Part shown: positions 20,680 to 31,965 of the stretch, one piece after another
How positions within the stretch are numbered: position 1 is the stretch's first letter
How the letters are laid out: the number at the start of each line of letters is the position of its first letter
Assembly: GCA_041665505.1 (NCBI GenBank)
Contig: JBAYIR010000004.1
Coordinates: forward strand, 6,797 to 70,796
From: Patescibacteria group bacterium
GTDB taxonomy: Bacteria; Patescibacteriota; Patescibacteriia; UBA1558; GWA2-36-10
DNA length: 64,000 nt
Direction: 5' to 3'
Translations under genes and position numbers: made by a program
Notes under the pieces: generated by a model
Databases searched by the model: none
The model's input: only the letters and a program-made list of their open reading frames with translations
Told to the model about the DNA's origin: nothing

Positions 20680-21481
20680 TAGCCATACCCATCTAAATTT
20701 TGAAGCTTATCAAGATGACCTGTCAGAAGTGATAGGTCGTTGCCGTCAGGAAGTAATGGCAGTTATAAATGTCGGTGCAGCTTATAAAAGTAGTCTAAAG
20801 GCTGTTGATTTGGCTTTGGCTGAAACAAACTTTTATAGTGCTATTGGTCTTCATCCTATCCATGTTTATGATGAAAATTTTGAAGAGCAAAATTATCAAG
20901 ACTTAATCAATTCTGCCGAAGGTAAAATAGTAGCTATGGGAGAAACTGGTTTTGATTATTTTCATCTTTGGCAATCTTTAGCCAAGGGTGCCAAGTCAAT
21001 AGAAGAAGTAAAAGCTAAACAAGAAGCAGTCTTTCGCTCTCATATCAAACTAGCTAAAAAAAATAATTTAGCTTTGATAATTCATGGACGTAATGGTAAA
21101 GAAGATAAAACAGCTTATACTGATATCTATCGAGTACTCAAAGACGAAGGAATGAAGAGAGGGGTGATACATTGTTATGGTGGTGATTTAGAAGAAGCTA
21201 AAGCTTTTGTGGATTTGGGTTTTTATTTGGGTTTTACTGGTATTGTCACTTTTGATAAAACAGGTGTACTAGAACAAATCGCCAGATGGATACCAATTGA
21301 TAAGTTACTAATAGAAACAGATGCGCCATATTTGACACCAGTGCCTTATAGAGGTAAGCGCAATGAGCCTATTTATGTCAAATATGTAGCGGAAAAAATT
21401 GCAGAGATTAAAAATAAAAGTGTAGCAGAAATTATAGAAATTACTGGAGAAAATGCTAAAAAATTATTTAATTTAAAATAA
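20669..21481 (+). CDS. tatD: TatD family DNase
   Basis: DSHTHL, GLHP, GETGFDY, IHCY and ETDAPYL motifs. ATG start at 20669. Confidence 0.93.
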   Translation: MLVDSHTHLNFEAYQDDLSEVIGRCRQEVMAVINVGAAYKSSLKAVDLALAETNFYSAIGLHPIHVYDENFEEQNYQDLINSAEGKIVAMGETGFDYFHLWQSLAKGAKSIEEVKAKQEAVFRSHIKLAKKNNLALIIHGRNGKEDKTAYTDIYRVLKDEGMKRGVIHCYGGDLEEAKAFVDLGFYLGFTGIVTFDKTGVLEQIARWIPIDKLLIETDAPYLTPVPYRGKRNEPIYVKYVAEKIAEIKNKSVAEIIEITGENAKKLFNLK

Positions 21482-21520
21482 TATTGTATTGCTTAAAATT
21501 TTTGCAATAATAAATATCAG

Positions 21521-21844
21521 ATGATGCCAGATGATAATTTTCAATTTTCTAAACTGACTCCAGAAAGTATTGTTATCAATTATATTCTAGACATGGAAAA
21601 TGGCGACTTTGGCATACTAGATGAAGTCAAAAGCGCTATTCATCAGCAAATAGCTCTAGAGTTAATTAAATTTGGGCAAGGAAAATTATTGGCTGATAAT
21701 TTGGAAAAATTTAAAAATATAGATAGACAGCAGATTGTAGAAGCTATACTTGAATCGGGGGATGATTTTCTGGCTAAACAATTGGCCGAGCAAGCTGAAG
21801 ATTTTGATCTAGACGGCCTTGGTAAATTAATAGATAAGATATAA
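21521..21844 (+). CDS. Acidic helical hypothetical protein
   Basis: 107-aa ORF in operon context with host-like codon usage. Confidence 0.6.
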   Translation: MMPDDNFQFSKLTPESIVINYILDMENGDFGILDEVKSAIHQQIALELIKFGQGKLLADNLEKFKNIDRQQIVEAILESGDDFLAKQLAEQAEDFDLDGLGKLIDKI

Positions 21845-21848
21845 TGTT

Positions 21849-22526
21849 ATGTTGAAGATTGGACATCGTGGAGCAATGGGCTATGAACCAGAAAATACTC
21901 TGCGTTCGTTTAAAAAAGCCATTGATTTGGGTGTAGATATGATTGAGTTGGACGTCTATGCTTTAAAAACTGGTGAATTGGTAGTAATCCATGATGATAA
22001 GGTAGATAGAACTACTAATAGGCAAGGTTATGTAATGGATAAGAGTTTTGATGAGTTGAGATCTCTTAATGCTGGCCAAGGTGAAAAAATACCAACTTTG
22101 GATGAGGTATTTGATCTGGTAGATAAAAAAATTCCTATCAATATAGAATTAAAGGGGGAAGGAACTGCTCTACCAGTAGCCAGATTAATTGAACAATATA
22201 TAAGTGATAAAAATTGGACGGAGGAGCATTTCTTAGTTTCTTCATTTAACCATTATGAGTTAAGAAAATTTCAAGAATTTAAGCCAAAAATAAGAATTGG
22301 TGCTTTAATTACTGGGATTCCAATTGGCTATAGTGATTATGGAGTAAAGTTGGGTGCATATTCAATAAATTTAAGTTTGGAATTTATTAATCAAGATTTC
22401 GTAGAGGATGCTCATAGTAAGGGCTTAAAAGTTTTTGTCTATACAGTAAATGATAAAGATGATATAAAGAGAATGAGAGATATGGGAGTAGATGGTCTAT
22501 TTTCCAATTATCCAGATAAAATATAA
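21849..22526 (+). CDS. Glycerophosphodiester phosphodiesterase
   Basis: IGHRGA, PENT, ELDV, IHD, NIELK and YTVN motifs. Confidence 0.93.
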   Translation: MLKIGHRGAMGYEPENTLRSFKKAIDLGVDMIELDVYALKTGELVVIHDDKVDRTTNRQGYVMDKSFDELRSLNAGQGEKIPTLDEVFDLVDKKIPINIELKGEGTALPVARLIEQYISDKNWTEEHFLVSSFNHYELRKFQEFKPKIRIGALITGIPIGYSDYGVKLGAYSINLSLEFINQDFVEDAHSKGLKVFVYTVNDKDDIKRMRDMGVDGLFSNYPDKI

Positions 22527-22536
22527 TATAAAATAT

Positions 22537-23577
22537 ATGGAATATTTAAACACAATATTAATAGTAGTAGCTTTTGCAATCATTATTTGGTTGATGATAA
22601 AAAATAATCAACCAAAAGAAGTCAAAGATGATAAAACAGCCGTGTTGTTGCAACAGTTAAATGATTTGAAAAATCAACTAGGTGAAAAAATTGATAATAC
22701 TACTAGGCATTCTTCCAAGATGCTCCAAGATCAATTTATAGAAACTAGCCGTATTTCCAAAGAAGTGACAGAAAAATTATTGAAGTTGGAAGAAACCAAT
22801 AAACAAGTAGTAGGTTTTACTGACCAATTACAAAATTTGGAAAAAGTTTTGACCAATTCCAAAACCAGAGGCAATCTAGGAGAGGCCAGTTTGGAATTAA
22901 TATTGTCAAATATTTTGCCGCCACAAAGTTATGAAATGCAATACCATTTTAAAAATGGTGAGGCAGTAGATGCGGTGGTTAAAATAAAAGACAAAGTTTT
23001 GCCAGTAGACGCTAAATTTTCTTTGGAAAATTATCGTCGAATCATTGGTGAAAATGATAAAGATAAAAAAGCCACTTTAGAAAAAGAATTTAAAAATGAT
23101 TTGAAAAAGAGGATTGATGAAACATCAAAGTATATCAGACCAAATGAAAATACACTGGATTTTGCTTTTATGTTTATTCCAGCTGAAGGGATTTATTATG
23201 ATTTACTTATCAATGAAGTCGGGGCAGTCAAAGTAAATACTAGGAGTTTGATAGATTATGCCTTTAATGAAAAAAAAGTAATTATTGTGTCACCAACCAC
23301 TTTTGCCGCTTATCTGCAGACAGTACTACAAGGTCTCAAGGCTTTACAAATTGAAGAATCAGCTAAAGAGATTAGAAAGAATGTTGAAATGCTGCAAAAG
23401 CATTTATTGGCCTATGGTGATTATCATAAAAAATTGGGCAATCAACTCTCTACTCTAGCCAACACTTACAATATTTCCAATAAAGAGTTTAATAAGATTG
23501 ATAAGGATGTGCTAAAAATCAGCGGAAAATCAGGAGAGTTTGAGTTGGAAGATGTAGAAAAACCAAGATTAGAATAA
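22537..23577 (+). CDS. rmuC: DNA recombination protein RmuC
   Basis: N-terminal TM, coiled coil, RGNLGE, VDAKF, DFAFMFIPAEG and VSPTT motifs. Probable start at ATG 22537. Confidence 0.92.
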   Translation: MEYLNTILIVVAFAIIIWLMIKNNQPKEVKDDKTAVLLQQLNDLKNQLGEKIDNTTRHSSKMLQDQFIETSRISKEVTEKLLKLEETNKQVVGFTDQLQNLEKVLTNSKTRGNLGEASLELILSNILPPQSYEMQYHFKNGEAVDAVVKIKDKVLPVDAKFSLENYRRIIGENDKDKKATLEKEFKNDLKKRIDETSKYIRPNENTLDFAFMFIPAEGIYYDLLINEVGAVKVNTRSLIDYAFNEKKVIIVSPTTFAAYLQTVLQGLKALQIEESAKEIRKNVEMLQKHLLAYGDYHKKLGNQLSTLANTYNISNKEFNKIDKDVLKISGKSGEFELEDVEKPRLE

Positions 23578-23604
23578 TTATATTTTTTTAATAGCAAATT
23601 AAAT

Positions 23605-23667
23605 AAACCGTCCTCAAGTGGCGGTTTTTTTGGGACGGCGGGATTGCCTGGTGGCAATCCCGCCGTC
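23605..23667. terminator. Tandem hairpins between convergent genes
   Basis: AAACCGTC..GGCGGTTTTTTT, plus a 15-bp perfect stem GACGGCGGGATTGCC-TGGT-GGCAATCCCGCCGTC (23634-23667). Confidence 0.75.
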
Positions 23668-23677
23668 ATGCTCTGTG

Positions 23678-24061
23678 CTACGCGTGGCAGAATTGAGCTG
23701 CCACCAGCCGACCCAGGCCATCACTGGCCCAGTTGATGCTGTGGGTTTCCCATTGCCATTGGAAGCCCCTCCGCATTACCAGATCATACATCATTGGGCT
23801 GGCTACTACCGCCACCGGATTGATGTTTAGTGGCCATTCATCACCTTCGCTATCTCCAGCAAATATGAGAGTAGCAATGCCGAGCAGTGTGCCCTTCGGC
23901 AAGTACTGGTTGACGCCACGCCAGGTGGCTCTTCCGTCATCCATTTGGAAGATAGCGATATCAAAGGGATAAATATTGTCCCTTGCGGTGTAAGTAGAAG
24001 TGATGTCTTCTTCCATTTGGAACCAGGGCAGCTGATTGATCTGGATATTCTGGGTGTTCAT
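23678..24061 (-). CDS. GC-rich orphan protein (islet 1)
   Basis: 127-aa ORF from ATG 24061 with GGAGG 5 nt upstream, its own promoter and a downstream hairpin. Confidence 0.6.
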   Translation of the reverse strand: MNTQNIQINQLPWFQMEEDITSTYTARDNIYPFDIAIFQMDDGRATWRGVNQYLPKGTLLGIATLIFAGDSEGDEWPLNINPVAVVASPMMYDLVMRRGFQWQWETHSINWASDGLGRLVAAQFCHA

Positions 24062-24227
24062 GACAACCTCCATCAGTTATCGCACTGATTGGGCGTGACA
24101 GGGTTGAACTGTCAGGGGGTGGATGCTGCTCGTAGCAAATTCAATGAGCAGCACATTAGTTTCCATTAGTTGAAAAATACTGTGCTACCCATTGATATTT
24201 AATGTGAAAGAGCTAGATTAATATAGA

Positions 24228-24256
24228 ATTATAGCATATTTTGTTTATTTTGTCAA
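24228..24256 (-). promoter_or_regulatory. Consensus sigma70 promoter for islet 1
   Basis: TTGACA-N17-TATAAT with an extended -10 TG on the minus strand. Confidence 0.8.
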
Positions 24257-24298
24257 TGTTTAGTAGTATATAGTAGCTAGTATAATATTAAAAAAGTA

Positions 24299-24327
24299 TT
24301 GACTTTTTCAAGTTTAGCGGTTATAAT
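24299..24327 (+). promoter_or_regulatory. sigma70 promoter of the atp operon
   Basis: TTGACT-N17-TATAAT, 29 nt upstream of the first atp gene. Confidence 0.75.
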
Positions 24328-24355
24328 GTAGCCGCTTTTTGTTTATTATAAATTT

Positions 24356-24700
24356 ATGCCAGTAGTCAAAAATGACAATAAAAACAAGGCTAATAATGAG
24401 TGGCTAAGACAAGGAATGATGATGTTTGCCGAAAGTACCGGCTGGATCGCTTTCCCAGTCATAGGAGCTCTGTTTTTAGGTCAATGGCTAGATGAAAGAC
24501 AAGGCACAGGGCAGTTATATTTTTTAAGTATTACAGCTCTAGCTTTTATACTTTCTTCTGTGGGTATAGGCATGACAGGCGTAAAGTATATGAATAGAAT
24601 TGAAAAAGATGAAGCTGGGAAGAAAAATAATAAATCAAATAGCTTAGACAAAACCACACAGGAGAAAAAACAAGAAAATGAGCCAAGAAACGATAAATAG
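24356..24700 (+). CDS. AtpZ/AtpI-family ATP synthase accessory protein
   Basis: Two TM segments with ALFLGQWLD; first gene of the atp operon. Confidence 0.8.
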   Translation: MPVVKNDNKNKANNEWLRQGMMMFAESTGWIAFPVIGALFLGQWLDERQGTGQLYFLSITALAFILSSVGIGMTGVKYMNRIEKDEAGKKNNKSNSLDKTTQEKKQENEPRNDK

Positions 24701-25580
24701 CAATCAAAACAATATAGAAGATACTTCGCGCATAGTTGAAGAAATTTTGGGTGAAGACTTAAATCAGGAAGCTGGCGCTCATACAGCTGAAGGAGCTGAG
24801 CATGAGGAGCACGAGCATACTTTATTTGCCGAAACAGTTTTTCAGGTTGGTGATTTTCCAATCACCAATTCACTGCTGACATCTTGGGTAGCAGTTTTTT
24901 TAATTATTATTTTGTCATTGGTCATTCGAGCTAAAAATAGTCGCATCCCATCAGTTTTCCAAAGTTTTATGGAAATAATTATTGATGGCGCACTGGGTAT
25001 GATGGATTTAGTGACCAATGATAGAGCTAAAAGTAAAAAAGTATTTCCAGTTATATTTTCAATTTTTCTTTTTGTGCTTATCAACAACTGGTTGGGGTTG
25101 TTACCGGGTTTAGGCTCCATTACTTATAATGGAGTAGCCTTACTAAGAGGGGGTACAGCTGATTTAAATACCACATTAGCTTTAGGGTTGTTTTCCGTAG
25201 TATCGGCCAATATTTTTGGTATGCTGGTAGTCGGTGGTTGGAATTATTTTAATAAATTTGTAAACATAAAAGCATTAATAGAAATACCTGGTAAAATTAG
25301 GCACGAACCAACCATTGTTTTGGTTAATCCTATAACTTTTTTTGTAGGATTAATTGAGATAGTGTCAGAAGTGGCCAAAGTAGCTTCACTATCATTTAGG
25401 TTGTTTGGTAATATTTTTGCTGGGGAAGTATTGATTGCTTCTATTTCAGCTTTAGTGGCTTATGGTGTGCCGCTACCATTTATGTTTTTAGAAGTAATTG
25501 TCGGAATTATTCAGGCCTTGATATTTTCCATTCTGACTTTGGTTTATTATACTATTGCTTCAGTTGAGCATGAACATTAA
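24678..25580 (+). CDS. atpB: ATP synthase Fo subunit a
   Basis: NNWLGLLPG, TADLNTTLAL, SLSFRLFGNIFAGE and IQALIF motifs. Confidence 0.96.
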   Translation: MSQETINSNQNNIEDTSRIVEEILGEDLNQEAGAHTAEGAEHEEHEHTLFAETVFQVGDFPITNSLLTSWVAVFLIIILSLVIRAKNSRIPSVFQSFMEIIIDGALGMMDLVTNDRAKSKKVFPVIFSIFLFVLINNWLGLLPGLGSITYNGVALLRGGTADLNTTLALGLFSVVSANIFGMLVVGGWNYFNKFVNIKALIEIPGKIRHEPTIVLVNPITFFVGLIEIVSEVAKVASLSFRLFGNIFAGEVLIASISALVAYGVPLPFMFLEVIVGIIQALIFSILTLVYYTIASVEHEH

Positions 25581-25585
25581 TCTCC

Positions 25586-25665
25586 TGTCATCCCGAGCGC
25601 AGTTGAGGGGTCTAGCTAGATTCCTGCCTGCCGGCAGGCAGGTCTCCACTTCGGTCGAAATGACA
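25586..25665. repeat. REP-like element containing a nested 20-bp palindrome
   Basis: TGTCATCCCGAGCG...AGATT[CCTGCCTGCCGGCAGGCAGG]TCTCCACTTCGGTCGAAATGACA. Confidence 0.7.
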
Positions 25666-25723
25666 AGTGTCATTATTAATTAACAAAGATAATCATAGGC
25701 GACGTAAAATAATAAAAAAATTA

Positions 25724-25776
25724 ACCCCGTTGAATGCTGCAAAGCAGCAGCGACAGAGTCGCTATTCAACAGGGGT
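25724..25776. repeat. Branched palindromic element
   Basis: Outer stem ACCCCGTTGAAT/ATTCAACAGGGGT encloses two hairpins, GCTGC-AAA-GCAGC and AGCGAC-AGA-GTCGCT. A related arm, ACCCCGTTAGAAA, occurs at 29518. Confidence 0.65.
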
Positions 25777-25778
25777 AA

Positions 25779-26027
<249 letters not shown>

Positions 26028-26111
26028 TCGATTGTTTTGAGTGCTCTCTATATATGAGGGCACGACTAAGCAATTAATCTCTCGACATAGTTCGAGATAG
26101 AAGAAAATAAT

Positions 26112-26606
26112 ATGGAAATTTTAGAATTATTTGGAGTCGATTGGAAACTAATGACAGCTCAGCTAGTCAACTTTATTATAGTTATCTTGGTACTTTGGTT
26201 TTTTGCTTTAAAACCATTGACTAAGACTATGCAAAAGAGAAATGATGAAATTTTCAAAGGCTTATCAGACGCCAAAGCCGCTGAAGAAAGATTGCAGCAA
26301 GTTGAAAAGGAAGTCAAAGAAAAACTCATTGAGACTAAAGGTCTAGCCTCTGGTATTTTGGAAGAAGCTAAAAAACAATCAGAAAAAAGTAAACAAGAAA
26401 ACTTGACCAAAACCAAAGAAGAAGTCGCTAAATTGATTGTCAAAGCTAAAGAACAAATTGCTAGCGAAAAAGATAATATGTTAGTGGAAATCAAAGGTGA
26501 AGTATCTAGTATGGTAGTAGTGGCTTTGGAAAAGATTTTATCAGGTGGGCTGACAAAAGATATAGACAAAAAGTATATTGATAAAGCCTTAAAAGATTTA
26601 AAATAA
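26112..26606 (+). CDS. atpF: ATP synthase Fo subunit b
   Basis: AQLVNF...KPL...KR followed by a coiled coil; operon position. Confidence 0.94.
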   Translation: MEILELFGVDWKLMTAQLVNFIIVILVLWFFALKPLTKTMQKRNDEIFKGLSDAKAAEERLQQVEKEVKEKLIETKGLASGILEEAKKQSEKSKQENLTKTKEEVAKLIVKAKEQIASEKDNMLVEIKGEVSSMVVVALEKILSGGLTKDIDKKYIDKALKDLK

Positions 26607-27007
26607 TGAAAAAAGACCAAGCAAAAATTTTGGCTGCCGCTTTGTATAAAGCTAGTGGTGATAAAAAAGGCAAAGAATTAGATAAAGTGATTGCCAATTT
26701 TTCGGCTTACCTCAGTCAGCACCGTTTGGTGCCTATGATTCCTAATATATTAGGGCAGTTGGAAAATATTCATTTTTTAAAAGAAGGTATCATAGCTACC
26801 AAGATAACTAGTCGTGAAGAACTAGCTCAGGCGGAAATAAAAAAGATTTCTGATTTGATAAAAGCTAAAACCAAAAAAGAAGTAGTAGTTAAAACAGAAA
26901 TAGATAAAGAACTTATTGGTGGGGTAGTAGTAAAATATAATGACAAAATTATAGATATGTCCATCAAGCATCAATTAAACAATTTAGCAAAACAATTAAG
27001 CAATTAA
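26606..27007 (+). CDS. atpH: ATP synthase subunit delta (short)
   Basis: [22 protein letters not shown]; operon position. Confidence 0.9.
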   Translation: MKKDQAKILAAALYKASGDKKGKELDKVIANFSAYLSQHRLVPMIPNILGQLENIHFLKEGIIATKITSREELAQAEIKKISDLIKAKTKKEVVVKTEIDKELIGGVVVKYNDKIIDMSIKHQLNNLAKQLSN

Positions 27008-27011
27008 TAAT

Positions 27012-28544
27012 ATGTCTTACGATCATTTAGTAAAAAGTTTGCAAAAACAACTGGAAAATTGGCAATCAGATGTCAAAGAAGAAACAGCTGGTGAAGTTAT
27101 TGAAGTAGGTGACGGTATCGCCAAAGTATCTGGTCTATCAGATGTCATGGCTTCTGAGATGCTTGAATTTGAGACCAAAGCCGGAGATAAAATCTATGGT
27201 GTGGTTTTGAACTTAGAAGAATTTGCCGTTGGGGCTATTATTTTGGGTGAATATGGAGCCTTAAAAGAGGGCGACAAAGTAAAAAGAACCAAGCGTATTT
27301 TGGAAGTACCAGTTGGAGAAGCTGTGATTGGCCGAGTAGTAAATGCTTTAGGTCAACCAGTTGATGGTAAAGGTAATATAAAATCCAATGAGTTCTATCC
27401 AGTAGAAAAAATTGCTCCTGGAGTTATTACTCGTCAGTCAGTCTTTCAGCCACTAGAAACTGGTATCAAAGTAATTGATGCTATTATCCCTATTGGTAAA
27501 GGCCAACGTGAGCTTATTATTGGTGATCGTCAAACTGGTAAAACGGCTTTAGCTATTGATGCTATTATCAATCAAAAAGGCAAAGATGTTATTTGTATTT
27601 ATGTGGCTATTGGTCAAAAAGAATCAAAAGTAGCTAGAATCGTAGCTAAATTAGAAGAGACTGGAGCAATGGATTACACCACAGTAGTTTTAGCTGGTGC
27701 TTCTGAATCAGCTGCTCTTTCCTATATTGCTCCTTATGCTGGATGTTCTATGGGAGAATACTTTATGGACAAAGGCAAAGATGTTTTAGTGATATATGAT
27801 GATTTATCAAAACACGCTGTAGCTTATCGTCAGATTTCATTGCTACTTAAAAGACCACCAGGACGTGAAGCCTATCCCGGTGACGTTTTCTATGTGCATT
27901 CTAGATTATTGGAGCGAGCTGCTAAGATGAGTGATGAACTAGGTGGTGGATCACTAACAGCCCTTCCTATTATTGAAACTCAAGCTGGTGATATTTCAGC
28001 CTATATTCCTACCAATGTGATTTCTATTACTGATGGTCAGATTTTCTTGGAAACAGATTTGTTTTACAAAGGTATCAGACCAGCTCTATCTACTGGTTTA
28101 TCAGTTTCTCGTGTCGGTAGTGCCGCTCAGAAAAAAGCTATGAAAAAAGTAGCTGGTAAATTGAAAATGGATTTGGCTCAATATAGAGAGTTAGAGGCCT
28201 TTGCTCAATTTGGTAGTGATTTGGATGAAGCCACCAAGCAACAGCTTGATCGTGGGGCTAGAGTGACCGAGATTTTGAAGCAAGGTCAATTTAAACCACT
28301 TTTACAAAGCAAACAGATATCTATAATTTATGCTGCTGCCAATGGTCATCTAGATAAAGTGCCTGTAGCCAATTTAGCTGCTTTTGAACAAAAATTATTT
28401 AGTAAAATGGAAGCGGAAGGCAAAGACGTTTTAGATAATATTGAAAAAACTGGTTTACTATCCGAAGCGGATGAACAAAAATTAAAAAATATAATTAATG
28501 ATTTGGTAGAGTTAGAAGAAAAAGTCGGAGAAGACAAAAAATAA
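27012..28544 (+). CDS. atpA: ATP synthase F1 subunit alpha
   Basis: [22 protein letters not shown] and [11 protein letters not shown] motifs. Confidence 0.98.
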   Translation: MSYDHLVKSLQKQLENWQSDVKEETAGEVIEVGDGIAKVSGLSDVMASEMLEFETKAGDKIYGVVLNLEEFAVGAIILGEYGALKEGDKVKRTKRILEVPVGEAVIGRVVNALGQPVDGKGNIKSNEFYPVEKIAPGVITRQSVFQPLETGIKVIDAIIPIGKGQRELIIGDRQTGKTALAIDAIINQKGKDVICIYVAIGQKESKVARIVAKLEETGAMDYTTVVLAGASESAALSYIAPYAGCSMGEYFMDKGKDVLVIYDDLSKHAVAYRQISLLLKRPPGREAYPGDVFYVHSRLLERAAKMSDELGGGSLTALPIIETQAGDISAYIPTNVISITDGQIFLETDLFYKGIRPALSTGLSVSRVGSAAQKKAMKKVAGKLKMDLAQYRELEAFAQFGSDLDEATKQQLDRGARVTEILKQGQFKPLLQSKQISIIYAAANGHLDKVPVANLAAFEQKLFSKMEAEGKDVLDNIEKTGLLSEADEQKLKNIINDLVELEEKVGEDKK

Positions 28545-28577
28545 TTAATTTATTTGTCATCTGACAGAAATAAATAT

Positions 28578-29492
28578 ATGCCCCAGGCAAGTAGAGATAT
28601 ACAAAGAAGAATAAAATCGGTCAAGAATACCAAAAAAATTACCAAGGCTATGGAATTGGTCTCAGCCGCTAAAATGCGTAAAGCTGTATCGAAAGTATTA
28701 GCTTCTCGTTCTTATTCTGATTTGGTTTGGGATACAGTGCTTCATTTGGTCAAAAAAGTTGATACCAATAAACATTTATTTTTTAAAGAACCAAAAGAAG
28801 TCAAAAAAGTAGCCGTAGTGATAGTGAGCACCAATCGAGGTCTGTGTGGTAGTTTTAATACCCAATTAGTAAATAAAGTAATAGAATCTATTAAACTCCA
28901 TCATCCCGAAGTAGTCCAGACCGATATTATTACCTGTGGTACTAAAGGTAGAGATGAAGTCAGACGACATAAAGTAAATCTAGTAGCTGATTTTCATAAA
29001 GAAGATATTACAGCTAGTTCAGAAGATATACGGCCAATTGCTCATATGATTACCAAAGATTTTATAAGTGCTAAATATGATAAAATTTTTATAGCTTATA
29101 CTGATTTTATGTCTTCTTTAAAGCAAGTACCTCATGTCAAACAATTATTGCCTATAGTAGCTGAGATAGATGCTAGATTAGGACACATTAGTCATGATAA
29201 AGATAAAGTAGCCAAAATAAATGTAGACAGTTTTGCAGAATTTATTTTTGAACCAGGTATGAAAAGTATTTTAGATGCTTTTTTGCCAAGACTTTTGGAA
29301 GTACAAATTTATCAATCAGTCTTGGAATCAGAAGCATCAGAGCACAGTGCTCGCATGTTTGCTATGAGAAATGCTACTGACGCTGCTGGTGAGATGATCA
29401 GCGAATTAACCTTGGCCTATAATCAAGCTCGTCAGGCCAATATTACTGCTGAGATTGCTGAAATTGCTGCTGGTAGTGCCGCTTTAGAATAA
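28578..29492 (+). CDS. atpG: ATP synthase F1 subunit gamma
   Basis: KITKAMELVSAAK, RGLCGSFN and RQANITAEIAEI motifs. ATG start at 28578. Confidence 0.97.
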   Translation: MPQASRDIQRRIKSVKNTKKITKAMELVSAAKMRKAVSKVLASRSYSDLVWDTVLHLVKKVDTNKHLFFKEPKEVKKVAVVIVSTNRGLCGSFNTQLVNKVIESIKLHHPEVVQTDIITCGTKGRDEVRRHKVNLVADFHKEDITASSEDIRPIAHMITKDFISAKYDKIFIAYTDFMSSLKQVPHVKQLLPIVAEIDARLGHISHDKDKVAKINVDSFAEFIFEPGMKSILDAFLPRLLEVQIYQSVLESEASEHSARMFAMRNATDAAGEMISELTLAYNQARQANITAEIAEIAAGSAALE

Positions 29493-29558
29493 ATTTAATA
29501 ATAAAATAATAATATTTACCCCGTTAGAAATTTACAATTGCGGGGACGTGAAGATTAA

Positions 29559-30938
<1,380 letters not shown>

Positions 30939-30960
30939 TCTTGTGTTCTAGGATAATATT

Positions 30961-31395
30961 ATGAAACAAATTAAGTTAAAAATAGTAACTCCAGAGAAGA
31001 TACTTTTTGAAGATATAGTATCTCAGATTTCTGTTTCTACAATTATGGGTGAGATTACTATTTTACCAAATCATATACCACTGGTGTCTCAGCTAGCCTC
31101 AGGAGAGATAGTTATTAAAACTGAGCAAGGTAAAGAAGATTTTATGGCTGTTTCTGGTGGTTTTATAGAAGTATTGCCAGATCAAGTAGTTATTTTGGCT
31201 GATACAGCTGAGCGGGCAGAGGATATTGATGAAGCTCGGGCCGAAGAAGCTCGTCAGAAGGCGGAAGAGATTTTGAAGACCAAAGTGGCTGACGCCGAAG
31301 GCTTTGCTATGTTTACCGCCAAAATAGAAAAAGAATTAGCTCGACTCAAAGTCGTTAGAAAACATAAAAATAAAAGAATAAATCCAGGTAATTAA
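30961..31395 (+). CDS. atpC: ATP synthase F1 subunit epsilon
   Basis: IVTPE, GEITILPNHIPL, SGGFIEV and ILADTAE motifs. Confidence 0.96.
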   Translation: MKQIKLKIVTPEKILFEDIVSQISVSTIMGEITILPNHIPLVSQLASGEIVIKTEQGKEDFMAVSGGFIEVLPDQVVILADTAERAEDIDEARAEEARQKAEEILKTKVADAEGFAMFTAKIEKELARLKVVRKHKNKRINPGN

Positions 31396-31420
31396 GAATT
31401 GACTAATTAAAGAAATTTTT

Positions 31421-31870
31421 ATGAATTTTACAGTGCCTAATGATAAACTAGGAAAACATGAATGCCCACTAGCAGTTATCAAGTGTGTTGATTTTAGATT
31501 TCGTGAATCTGATCAAGAATTTGTAGTTAAAGGTTTGGGTTTTGAGGATTTTGATTTGTATGCTTGGCCAGGTAGTGCCAAAGATGTTTTGAAAAATAAT
31601 GGTTTCAAAGTATCTTTTATTGAAAAAATTGTAGCAATTTCCAAAAATCTACATAATGTAAAAAAACTTTTACTCTTATGGAATTGGGACAGCGATGTTT
31701 ATGGTAGTAGTAAGAATTTTTTAGATAGTAGTGTGGAAGAGCAAACTTATATCAAAGATTTGCAAACAGTCAGAGAGATGCTACTTAAAGAATTGCCAGA
31801 TGATCTAGAAATTATTATGGCTTATTCCAAATTAGTGCCTCAAGGTTTGGATTACATTGTAGTAGAATAA
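31421..31870 (+). CDS. Beta-carbonic-anhydrase-like protein with a degenerate second zinc motif
   Basis: CVDFR and PGSAK...LHNVKK. The expected HxDCGAYG reads NWDSDVYG. Lies 25 nt after atpC. Confidence 0.6.
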   Translation: MNFTVPNDKLGKHECPLAVIKCVDFRFRESDQEFVVKGLGFEDFDLYAWPGSAKDVLKNNGFKVSFIEKIVAISKNLHNVKKLLLLWNWDSDVYGSSKNFLDSSVEEQTYIKDLQTVREMLLKELPDDLEIIMAYSKLVPQGLDYIVVE

Positions 31871-31905
31871 AGTCTTTTAAATACGTTAAAAAGCCATGTT
31901 TTTGG

Positions 31906-31934
31906 TTGACTAAATGATGAATTTAGTATACTAT
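31906..31934 (+). promoter_or_regulatory. Promoter of the Ehr-like operon with an overlapping inverted repeat
   Basis: TTGACT-N17-TACTAT; ACTAAAT-GATGA-ATTTAGT at 31909-31927. Confidence 0.55.
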
Positions 31935-31965
31935 ATTGTTTTAAAAACTAGCGAGTAGTAATAAG

